Part shown: positions 20,175 through 28,387 of the stretch, piece after piece
Position numbering within the stretch: the stretch's first letter is position 1
Layout: every line of letters begins with the position of its first letter
Origin: Rhodoluna sp.
GTDB taxonomy: Bacteria > Actinomycetota > Actinomycetes > Actinomycetales > Microbacteriaceae
DNA: 64,000 bases
NCBI GenBank assembly: GCA_044239955.1
Contig: JBIIAL010000002.1
Direction: 5' to 3' (one strand)
Program-made: the position numbers and the translations under genes
Notes under the pieces: generated by a model
Seen by the model: only the letters and a program-made list of their open reading frames with translations
Database searches by the model: none
Told to the model about the DNA's origin: nothing

Positions 20175-20945
20175 ATGAAGGCAGTTTTGTTGGCGGGCGG
20201 TCTCGGAACCCGCATGAGAGAAGAAACTGAGTTCCGGCCAAAACCCATGGTTGAAGTCGGCGGTCGCCCGGTTTTGTGGCACATCATGAAAGTCCTTGGC
20301 TCCCAAGGGATTACTGATTTCATCATTTGCACTGGATACAAAAGTGAGTACATAAAGAACTACTTCTACAACTACGGCGCTTCAAATCTTGATTTTACCG
20401 TCAGATTAGGCGACCAAAGCAGCACTGTTTTCCATGGATCGCATGACGAGTTCGACTGGAAAGTGACGGTAGCGGACACGGGTTTAAGCACCATGACCGG
20501 CGGAAGAATTAAGCAGGTTGAAAAGTACCTGGATGGAGAGCCCTTTCTAGCCACTTATGGCGATGGTTTGGCAGATATAGATCTTCGAGCCCTTCAGGAT
20601 TTTCATAGCCAGCATGGCAAAACAGCCACAATGACAACCACTCAAGCTGTAAGTCGATTCGGCGTGGTTGATATTGAGCCAAACGGTCTAGTGTCTCAAT
20701 TTAGAGAAAAACCTAAAGTTAGCGACTGGATCAACATTGGCTACTTCATATTTCAGCCTGAGATTTTCAAGTATCTTGACACAAACTCAGTCTTAGAAGA
20801 AGAGCCGCTACGAAAACTGGCTCAAGAGGATCAAATTGGAGCATATAAACACAGCGGTTTTTGGCAACCTATGGACACCTTTAGGGAATCGCAGATGCTG
20901 AACGAAATTTGGGACTCAGGCAAGGCCCCTTGGAAGGTCTGGTAA
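20175..20945 (+). CDS. rfbF: Glucose-1-phosphate cytidylyltransferase
   Basis: 'MKAVLLAGGLGTRMREET..KPKPMVEVGGRPVLWHIMK' is near-canonical RfbF. 256 aa; GGGGAG-like RBS upstream. Confidence 0.85.
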   Translation: MKAVLLAGGLGTRMREETEFRPKPMVEVGGRPVLWHIMKVLGSQGITDFIICTGYKSEYIKNYFYNYGASNLDFTVRLGDQSSTVFHGSHDEFDWKVTVADTGLSTMTGGRIKQVEKYLDGEPFLATYGDGLADIDLRALQDFHSQHGKTATMTTTQAVSRFGVVDIEPNGLVSQFREKPKVSDWINIGYFIFQPEIFKYLDTNSVLEEEPLRKLAQEDQIGAYKHSGFWQPMDTFRESQMLNEIWDSGKAPWKVW

Positions 20946-20950
20946 AAACC

Positions 20951-21889
20951 TTGGGTAAAAAATTAATTTCAATCGTGATTCCTGCATACAACGAATCCGA
21001 TTGTGTTGATGAGCTATTTCATAGGCTAAAGAACATTTTTGAATCCGAGTCACAATACGATTTCGAGTGCGTTTTGGTTGAAAATGGCTCCGAAGACGAC
21101 ACATTTGAAAAACTAGAGAGAATTCATAAAACAGATTCCCGATTTAAAGTTCTTCAACTCGCACGAAATTTCAGAATGGACGGCGGACTAACAGCAGGAC
21201 TAAGTGTAATTAAGGGTGACGCTTGCGTCTTAATGACAGCTGATCTCCAGGATCCACCAGAACTAATTCCAGAATTCATCAGACTCTGGGAGCAAGGGTT
21301 TGAGAATATTTATGGGGTGGTTACACGGCGTGACGGCATTAGTTGGATTAGAGCTATGAACTCCAAATTGTTTTACTGGTTTGCTGGAAAGCTCACCTCT
21401 GGAAGAATTACAAAGAATGCAAGTGACTTTAGGCTTGTTGATAGGAAAGTCTATGAAGCTGTGAACAAGATGACGGAACGGAATCGTTTTGTAAGAGGGC
21501 TGTTCGCGTGGGTCGGGTTTAGGTCTACTGGTGTTGAAATGATTCGCCCCCCTAGATTTGGCGGAGTATCTAACGCTCATACCTTCAAGGTTCTAGATTT
21601 AGCTTTCAAGGGCATTTTTGCTCACTCAAACCTTCCCCTCAGATTCATAACCGTTTCAGGTTTCGCGCTATCTGCCATCGCAGTTGTAACACTTGGGATT
21701 TATGTCGTATCGGCAATTCTATATGGGGTACCTTTTAACGGATTTGGAACACTGGTTTCCATTTCCCTAGCTGGACTTGCCATAACTACGTTGCTTCTTG
21801 GGGTAATCGGTGAATATTTAGGCTTAGTGTATGAAGAGGTTAAGCAAAGACCGAATTACGTTATTTCAAAGAGAATTGGCATCGATTAA
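20951..21889 (+). CDS. GT2 polyprenyl-phosphate glycosyltransferase (GtrB/ArnC/DPM-synthase type)
   Basis: 'ISIVIPAYNES' and 'TADLQDPP', two C-terminal TM helices, and 'IGEYLGLVYEEVKQRPNY'. The start is uncertain: TTG at 20951, or the ORF-track start at 20909 overlapping rfbF. Confidence 0.75.
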   Translation: MGKKLISIVIPAYNESDCVDELFHRLKNIFESESQYDFECVLVENGSEDDTFEKLERIHKTDSRFKVLQLARNFRMDGGLTAGLSVIKGDACVLMTADLQDPPELIPEFIRLWEQGFENIYGVVTRRDGISWIRAMNSKLFYWFAGKLTSGRITKNASDFRLVDRKVYEAVNKMTERNRFVRGLFAWVGFRSTGVEMIRPPRFGGVSNAHTFKVLDLAFKGIFAHSNLPLRFITVSGFALSAIAVVTLGIYVVSAILYGVPFNGFGTLVSISLAGLAITTLLLGVIGEYLGLVYEEVKQRPNYVISKRIGID

Positions 21890-21944
21890 AACCTGAATCC
21901 AAAGCTTTGGGGTGCATCGGTCAACTCGGACCAAGATTCCTTAA

Positions 21945-23717
21945 TTATTTGATATATCGCAAAACTTTTTTCTCAAGTTCCTCGGGCAGATCTGGGGTCA
22001 TGCGGTGAAGTGGGTTAGAGACCATAGTTCCATCTGCATTAACAGAACTGGTTATCTTTGGATAGTAAGTTTGCTCGGGGTCAATAGGAACCAAATATGC
22101 CTGTGGGCCAGGGTTCTGAAGAGAAGTCAATACATCTTCGGAGAAAGGGTTGTCTGGGTTTAGTTGAGCCACTGGAATTGAGAATGCATCAAATAGTTTT
22201 TTCCAGTCGGGTAAACCTAATCCCGTGGATGGGTCGCAACCCACATAATGACCGTCGAAGTAGCTTTTTTGAGTCATCCGAATAGACGCGTAACCGTTAT
22301 TGGAAAGAATAAAGGTCTTTATATTCAAATCATTTGCTCGGACCGTACCCATCTCTTGGAGGTTCTGAGCAAAACCCCCATCTCCCTCGATGTGAATAAC
22401 TCGATTTGGGCCGGAAAAAGCCAGCCCAATTGCCCCACCAAGTCCGTAGCCCATACTAGCCAAGCCTTTGGTTGTAATGACGGTCGCATTAGAGGGTTGA
22501 AGCAGAGCTTGCATTGCCACGGTCTCAGATGCACCACTACTAGAGGGCACAACAGCATCACCCTTTTGGACGATTGCCGATAGCTGAACGTAAAAATCGT
22601 AAGAGTTTATGAAGCCAGCTCGAGTGTGGTTCACAGATTCTGATAGCGGAAGGGCATTCTTGACCTCATTCGCAAACTCGATCCACTCGCGCCAATCCGG
22701 TGAGCTAAGTCTGTGAATTTGAGGAAGCAGCTTTTCTATGAAGTCATTTGCGTCGCCCTTGACCTTGAATTTAGCGTTAGGATGAGGCTTTTCTAGTTCG
22801 GCGCCATCAATCTCGACATGGACTACTTCTCCATTAGGCACGAATTCTTGCCAATTGAATCCAGTTTGCTGAAGCCCTAATCTAGTCCCCAACGCGATCA
22901 ACAGATCGGATTGCTGCATTACTAAATTCGCATATCTTTGACCCCAAGTATTGGGTCTTCCGAAGTACGAAGGTGCTCTGGAATCCATTCTGTCTGCGGC
23001 GTTCCAAGTCGTCATTACGGGAATAGGGAGGTTTTCAAGCTCGCTTTCTAGTGATCTAGCCTTTTGCCTAGACACCCCACCTCCAATTAACAGCGCTGGA
23101 CGCTTTGCCGTGGTCAGAGCTTGCAGAATCTCCTCTGAGACTAGACTCCCTGAATCAACAATCGCCTTACCAAACTCCGCCTTAGGAAAAGCCACAGGGT
23201 CAATTGGGCTACCTTGAGCATCCAAACAAAAATCAATAAACACGGGACCCTTTTTTGGCCTAAGCCCTCGGATAACGACATCCACAATTTCTTGGTCTGG
23301 AACTGGCTTTCGAATCTGAAGTTGAGCAACAGTAATTGACTTTGTCAGCTCCATTCCGTTGATTTCTTGGATCCCCGTTTGCCTAATTCCTTCAGGGCTC
23401 AAGTCGGAGCTTTTGACCTGGCCACCAACAACCAACAAATCTCTGCTCTCCAAATAGGCCCCGGCCATGGCAGTGATGATATTCGTCAAACCTGGCCCCG
23501 CAGTCACTAAAGCAAAGGCCTTGGAACCATTTAGAGCATCACTTTCGTTGAAAAATTCTGCTGCTATGCCAGCGGTAACTTCATGGACTACTGGGACACA
23601 GGTAAAAACGTGACTTGCTGACTCAAGCAAATGCATGATGTTTCCGCCAGCTACGTAAAAGCAATGGGTGTAACCCAAGTCCTTGAGCACACCTACAAAG
23701 TGATCAGAATACTTCAA
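21945..23717 (-). CDS. Thiamine-diphosphate-dependent enzyme, acetolactate-synthase-like three-domain architecture (possible YerE-like sugar C-branching enzyme)
   Basis: 590 aa. N-terminal Pyr domain ('VAGGNIMHLL', 'HEVTAGIAAE', 'TAGPGLTN') and C-terminal PP domain ('IEGDGGFAQNLQE...NNGYASI'). The TTG start overlaps the HAD gene stop (TTGA). The YerE role is inferred from context. Confidence 0.7.
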   Translation of the reverse strand: MKYSDHFVGVLKDLGYTHCFYVAGGNIMHLLESASHVFTCVPVVHEVTAGIAAEFFNESDALNGSKAFALVTAGPGLTNIITAMAGAYLESRDLLVVGGQVKSSDLSPEGIRQTGIQEINGMELTKSITVAQLQIRKPVPDQEIVDVVIRGLRPKKGPVFIDFCLDAQGSPIDPVAFPKAEFGKAIVDSGSLVSEEILQALTTAKRPALLIGGGVSRQKARSLESELENLPIPVMTTWNAADRMDSRAPSYFGRPNTWGQRYANLVMQQSDLLIALGTRLGLQQTGFNWQEFVPNGEVVHVEIDGAELEKPHPNAKFKVKGDANDFIEKLLPQIHRLSSPDWREWIEFANEVKNALPLSESVNHTRAGFINSYDFYVQLSAIVQKGDAVVPSSSGASETVAMQALLQPSNATVITTKGLASMGYGLGGAIGLAFSGPNRVIHIEGDGGFAQNLQEMGTVRANDLNIKTFILSNNGYASIRMTQKSYFDGHYVGCDPSTGLGLPDWKKLFDAFSIPVAQLNPDNPFSEDVLTSLQNPGPQAYLVPIDPEQTYYPKITSSVNADGTMVSNPLHRMTPDLPEELEKKVLRYIK

Positions 23718-24400
23718 TTAGCGCTCCCAAGATCGGCTCGTGCAATTAGTGATTTCAAACTACCATTCAGTTCTGCAATAGAGCCAAAAGTTTCGAACGC
23801 ACCAGCAAGCCTTAACTCCTCCTCAGAGAAATTGGACTGAGCAACCCCTATAGATAGCAAACCAGCGGAATTTCCAGCTACAACGTCTTCCACTCTATCT
23901 CCCACCATAAATCCACATGCCACCCCGAGCGCAGACATACAACGAATAACTACCTCAGGATTAGGCTTAGGCGGGAAACCATCCGTGCCTTGAATGTGTC
24001 TGACGTGATTATTCAAATCTGAATTTTCCACGACCAATTTGGCAAGACGAACAGGCTTTGATGTAGCAACCCCAACAGCAAACCCAAGACCATTGACTTG
24101 ACTCAAAAGACTTTTACTCTCTGGATAAGTCAAGTTTTCCTGACCTATTTCAGTCTCCAAGTTGTTCCTAAATAAGGAAACAGCTTCCGACAACTCCTTC
24201 TGATTAAGGTCAATGGTAGCGAATAACTCCTCAGCCCTAAGTCCGATCAACTTTGATACCTCGTTAAAACTGATTGAGGGCATGCCTTGTTCAATTCTTG
24301 TGACGCAAAGTGCCCTGTAAATTTGTGCAGAAGAATCAAAAAGAGTTCCGTCTAAATCGAAGATAAAAGCTGCTGGTTTATTCAAGATTTCACGCACCAA
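23714..24400 (-). CDS. HAD-superfamily hydrolase (phosphoglycolate-phosphatase-like, subfamily IA)
   Basis: Motif I 'FIFDLDGTLFDS', 'ATSKP' and motif IV 'VGDRVEDVVAG'. 228 aa. Confidence 0.7.
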   Translation of the reverse strand: MVREILNKPAAFIFDLDGTLFDSSAQIYRALCVTRIEQGMPSISFNEVSKLIGLRAEELFATIDLNQKELSEAVSLFRNNLETEIGQENLTYPESKSLLSQVNGLGFAVGVATSKPVRLAKLVVENSDLNNHVRHIQGTDGFPPKPNPEVVIRCMSALGVACGFMVGDRVEDVVAGNSAGLLSIGVAQSNFSEEELRLAGAFETFGSIAELNGSLKSLIARADLGSAN

Positions 24401-24603
24401 AGAACCAATTCAACCTGAAGTTTTTCATCGTCAAGACACCTCAATAATAGATCCCAATAACTTGCCCCTCGTTACTTCAGCGGATTCACTGCGGGATAAA
24501 CGTGGCGTAGGACCAAGATTGGATAGATTCTACCAGCGCAGAGTGCATTCCTCTAGCTTCCAAGCTACAATCGGATTTGGAACCTACGAATAGGGGGAGA
24601 CGA

Positions 24604-25401
24604 GTGAACAAAACCGAAAAACAAATGAGAGATATTCTCACGCGTGGCCGAGAGGAATTCGGAGTCGTAAGCGTTAAGGCCGAATTTGAGGCAGAGGGAA
24701 CTCGAATTGACGAATTACTTAGACTTGTAGACATATCAAGATCCGCAGGACTACCTTTGACTGTAAAAATAGGGGGTTGTGAGGCCATCAGGGACCTACT
24801 TGAGTCTAAGCAAATTGGAGTCAGATACATAGTTGCTCCAATGGTCGAAACACCGTATGCCTTAACTAAGTATGTTGCTGCAAAAAACCTTACTTTCACT
24901 GAAGACGAGCAACAAGATACAGATTTTCTCTTCAACCTAGAAACAATAACCGGATTTGAAAACCTTGATGCAATGGTTTCCGAAGCTTCTAAGCCAAACG
25001 GAGCTTCAGGTCTGGTTTTTGGTAGAGTCGATTTTGCAGGATCTCTAGGATTGACTAGGGATTCAATAAATTCACCCGAAGTTACTCAATATGTCTTGAC
25101 CGCATCAAAAGCCGCAAAAGACAACAATCTTGATTTTGTAATGGGAGGTGCTGTTTCTAGCGACTCTTTAGATGTAATCCGTCAAGTTGCTGCAACTCAT
25201 CTCACGAGATTCGAAACCCGAAAAGTAGTCTTTAGTGGTGCTGCCACAACCATGAATAATATCGAGCAGGGACTTGTGAATGCCGTGCATTTTGAAATGT
25301 TGTGGCTACTGAACAAGCGTGATTACTACGGTCGAATCACGGCGGAGGATGCAAAACGCATTGAGATGCTCGAAACTCGCTGGAAGCTACTTAGCAAATA
25401 A
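24604..25401 (+). CDS. HpcH/HpaI aldolase / citrate-lyase-beta-like TIM-barrel protein
   Basis: 'IVAPMVETPYAL', 'NLETITGFENLDAMV' and 'VFGRVDFAGSLG' resemble HpcH-family signatures. The GTG at 24604 is preceded by GGGGGAG; alternative starts at 24577 and 24625. Confidence 0.45.
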   Translation: MNKTEKQMRDILTRGREEFGVVSVKAEFEAEGTRIDELLRLVDISRSAGLPLTVKIGGCEAIRDLLESKQIGVRYIVAPMVETPYALTKYVAAKNLTFTEDEQQDTDFLFNLETITGFENLDAMVSEASKPNGASGLVFGRVDFAGSLGLTRDSINSPEVTQYVLTASKAAKDNNLDFVMGGAVSSDSLDVIRQVAATHLTRFETRKVVFSGAATTMNNIEQGLVNAVHFEMLWLLNKRDYYGRITAEDAKRIEMLETRWKLLSK

Positions 25402-25482
25402 CGAACTAGCTCACCTACGCATGACTCTGGCTACTAGAACCATCAATGCTTGGTGAACTGAATTATTTAGTAAAAGAAGAAT

Positions 25483-26211
25483 TCATGGTTTCCTTGCTAC
25501 CACGTAAGTAAGCCCCCAAAGGATTGCTATTTTGAGCCCTGAGATTAGAGGACGGCCAAAAATCCTGACGGTTACCCTGTCCCCCAACCTTGTGGGGAGA
25601 AGTAAAGCGACGAAATGGGAAAATGCTGCGACTAGGGGGGACAGTGATCCAAAATGCATCTTCCCAGCAAAAACAATCTCTAAGCCGTGATCCTGGAGAA
25701 TTTGAGACAATCTCCTTGGGGTAGTGGGGTATCCGTGCGACCAATCAGAATCCCAGAAGTAAGTCCCGTAATCCTGGGCATCGGGTGTGCAAATTAGAAT
25801 ATTGCCTCCGGGGCGAACAATACGTTTCATTTCCTTGACCCAAGCCCAGGCGTCTAAGTGAGTAGAGGCATGCTCGAGAACATGAACAGAGAATATAGCA
25901 TCCATGGAACCAGATTCAATTGAAACCAAATCAGGTAAAGAATCCTCAACCACCTCATGCCCGTAACGCTCTCGACTAAACTTCGCGAGAGCTTGGGCTG
26001 GTTCAACCCCTGTGTATTTGGTAAAAGCCATTTGATTGGCAATTAGACCTCCGGTCCCACGACCAGAGCCAATCTCCAGTAATTTGACTTCTCTAGGGGT
26101 GAGTTTGGCTACCCGTATAAAGGTTTTGAGGATTCTCTTGTGAACCCAGGTGAGCAAGCCCGCTGAGTATTTCCAATTAGTCCGCTCAAGGTACTCGTCA
26201 TACTGTCCCAT
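25483..26211 (-). CDS. Class I SAM-dependent methyltransferase
   Basis: Motif I 'LLEIGSGRGTGG', an acidic post-I residue, 'DAIFSVHVLEH' and 'RPGGNILI'. 242 aa. Confidence 0.7.
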   Translation of the reverse strand: MGQYDEYLERTNWKYSAGLLTWVHKRILKTFIRVAKLTPREVKLLEIGSGRGTGGLIANQMAFTKYTGVEPAQALAKFSRERYGHEVVEDSLPDLVSIESGSMDAIFSVHVLEHASTHLDAWAWVKEMKRIVRPGGNILICTPDAQDYGTYFWDSDWSHGYPTTPRRLSQILQDHGLEIVFAGKMHFGSLSPLVAAFSHFVALLLPTRLGDRVTVRIFGRPLISGLKIAILWGLTYVVARKP

Positions 26212-26332
26212 GTTTACAATGTCCCCTAGTTCAAGTTATTAGGATCAGACTACAGAGTAAATATGTCACGAGTCTTCAAAAGGCAACCATTTGAAATGTG
26301 CTAGAAGATACCTACTTTAATAGACTGAGACT

Positions 26333-27205
26333 ATGACTAGTCTTCCCATCCAACGAGCCCTCAAAGGTTCATTTGGCGTAGACATTGTCTTCTATGAATG
26401 GCCAGTAGCTGACCCTAAAGCAATTGTTCAAATAGCTCACGGACTAGGCGAGCATGCCAGAAGGTATGACCAGATGGCTATGGTTCTAAACAGGGCAGGC
26501 TTTAGCGTTTACGCCGACGATCACAGAGGTCATGGTCAAACAGGCCTTGGCCAAATAGAGCGAAAGCAAATAAAGAAACTTGGAAATCTGGGACAAGGTG
26601 GCATGGACGCCACATTCAAGCAGGTCCTAGATTTTTCGAAGCTTATAAAATCAGAAAACCCAGGTAAGCCACTTGTATTTCTTGGGCATAGTTGGGGCTC
26701 ATTTATTGCACAAAAAGTCATAAACAATGCATCAGATTTGTATGACGCGGTCGTGCTCTCAGGTAGTGCTCTAACAATGCCTGGTTATCTAGCAACAGGT
26801 GATTTCAATAAGGTTTGGAAGAAGCTTCCGGGCTCAACCGGTTACGAGTGGCTATCAAGGGATGTTGAAGTTCAAAAGAAATTTGTTGCTGATCCACTAA
26901 CATTCTTGGCTGCAGCTATGCAGGTTTTTGGTGTTGCCAACTCTTTGAAATTGTTTGGGACTCCATCAAAGAACGTCAGAAGCGATCTTCCAATTCTTGT
27001 TCAGGTGGGTGAAGCCGACCCGATCGGCGGTGAGTATTCAAATAAAGCCCTGGTAGAGGCATATCGAAAGAAAGCCGGCATTCAGGATATTGAGTTATTT
27101 GTATATCACGATGCCAGGCATGAGATTTACAACGAGCTAAACAAAGACGATATTCTCCAAGACTTAATCAAGTGGATAAATATCCGGATTGGTAAGTTGG
27201 CTTAA
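26333..27205 (+). CDS. Alpha/beta hydrolase (lysophospholipase / monoacylglycerol-lipase-like)
   Basis: 'HGLGEHARRY', nucleophile elbow 'GHSWGS', late 'GEADP', and a catalytic-His region 'DARHEI'. Confidence 0.75.
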   Translation: MTSLPIQRALKGSFGVDIVFYEWPVADPKAIVQIAHGLGEHARRYDQMAMVLNRAGFSVYADDHRGHGQTGLGQIERKQIKKLGNLGQGGMDATFKQVLDFSKLIKSENPGKPLVFLGHSWGSFIAQKVINNASDLYDAVVLSGSALTMPGYLATGDFNKVWKKLPGSTGYEWLSRDVEVQKKFVADPLTFLAAAMQVFGVANSLKLFGTPSKNVRSDLPILVQVGEADPIGGEYSNKALVEAYRKKAGIQDIELFVYHDARHEIYNELNKDDILQDLIKWINIRIGKLA

Positions 27206-27528
27206 CTCCTAGGAAGCCTGCAGGCAGCCACAGCCTCTTCAATCGAACCCTTCAGAAAGTCATGGGTTTCGGGATGACGTTGCATGTAAGTGACTACATA
27301 AGAGCACACTGGAACAACTTTGTCAGTGGAGTTTTGACGCATGTCTAAAAATGCCTCACGAAGCAAGATGGCAGCGTAGTTTTTACCTTGGTGCTCAGGG
27401 TTTACTTCGGTGTGGACAAAATGTCTCTCACCGGGCATGCGGCTGTAATCAGCTAGACCAACCCGAGCATCTCCTAGCCAAAGCTCATAGCGGTTAGCTT
27501 GCTCGTTGTGTATAACTTTTGGTTCCAT
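27202..27528 (-). CDS. Small GNAT-like N-acetyltransferase (YjdJ / Acetyltransf_CG type)
   Basis: 'NRYEL...G..ADY......FVHTEV.PEHQGKNYAAILL' and 'VVPVCSYV' fit the about-100-aa GNAT-like family. Start taken at the Met of 'MEPKV'; the longer ORF-track start is 27567. Confidence 0.55.
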   Translation of the reverse strand: MEPKVIHNEQANRYELWLGDARVGLADYSRMPGERHFVHTEVNPEHQGKNYAAILLREAFLDMRQNSTDKVVPVCSYVVTYMQRHPETHDFLKGSIEEAVAACRLPRS

Positions 27529-28387
27529 GGCTGTTAATCTACTTCCTATGGCCACTTTAGAAAACACCCTTTACTTCGGTGACAATCTAACTGTTTTGAA
27601 GCTAATCCCTGACTCTTCTGTTCAACTTGTTTACATCGACCCCCCGTTCAATACCGGCCGCGAACAACAGAGATCTAAAGTAACCACCAGGAGGAGTAAC
27701 GAAGGCAACCGAATTGGTTTTAAAGGAGAGCGCTACGAGACGGTCAAGTCAACTGTGTTGTCCTACGACGATCAGTTCGCTAACTACTGGGAGTTTCTAG
27801 AGCCCAGAATTGAAGAGGCTTTTCGGGTCCTAAACAACTCAGGGACGTTGTATTTGCACCTCGATTATCGTGAAGCTCATTACGCCAAAGTCCTACTGGA
27901 CGCTCTATTTGGACCAGAGTGCTTTTTGAACGAAATCATTTGGGCCTACGACTACGGAGGAAAGTCCAAGAGTCGATGGCCCGCCAAGCACGACACTATT
28001 TTGGTTTTCGTGAAAGACCCAAAGAACTACTACTTCAACTCCGAGGAAGTAGATCGCGAGCCCTACATGGCTCCGGGACTTGTTACGCCAGAAAAGATTG
28101 AAAGAGGAAAACTACCCACAGACGTCTGGTGGCACACAATTGTCTCCCCTACAGGTAAAGAGAAGACCGGCTATCCAACCCAAAAGCCAGTTGGAATTCT
28201 AAGAAGAATCATTCAAGCAAGTAGTAAACCAGGGGACGTTGTCTTGGACTTCTTTGCAGGTTCTGGAACCACAGGGTTTGTAGCTAATGAACTTGGCAGA
28301 AGATTTGTCCTGGTAGATCAAAACCCTGAATCAATTCAGGTAATTAAAGACCGCCTACCTAAAGGCAGTTTTCAGTTTTTGGACTGA
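27527..28387 (+). CDS. Site-specific DNA methyltransferase, beta class (N6-adenine or N4-cytosine), no cognate nuclease seen
   Basis: Motif IV 'VYIDPPFNTG' lies near the N-terminus, with 'PTQKP' and motif I 'DFFAGSGTTG' near the C-terminus, giving the beta-class order. The start is ambiguous (27506 TTG, 27527 ATG, 27548 ATG). Confidence 0.8.
   Translation: MAVNLLPMATLENTLYFGDNLTVLKLIPDSSVQLVYIDPPFNTGREQQRSKVTTRRSNEGNRIGFKGERYETVKSTVLSYDDQFANYWEFLEPRIEEAFRVLNNSGTLYLHLDYREAHYAKVLLDALFGPECFLNEIIWAYDYGGKSKSRWPAKHDTILVFVKDPKNYYFNSEEVDREPYMAPGLVTPEKIERGKLPTDVWWHTIVSPTGKEKTGYPTQKPVGILRRIIQASSKPGDVVLDFFAGSGTTGFVANELGRRFVLVDQNPESIQVIKDRLPKGSFQFLD

Noticed and set aside
24486-24935. 149-aa minus-strand ORF upstream of the HAD gene, overlapping the HpcH-like gene.
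   Set aside because: The translation is Ser-rich with no motifs. The overlapping plus-strand ORF is longer and carries HpcH/HpaI-like signatures. Only one of the two is likely to be real.
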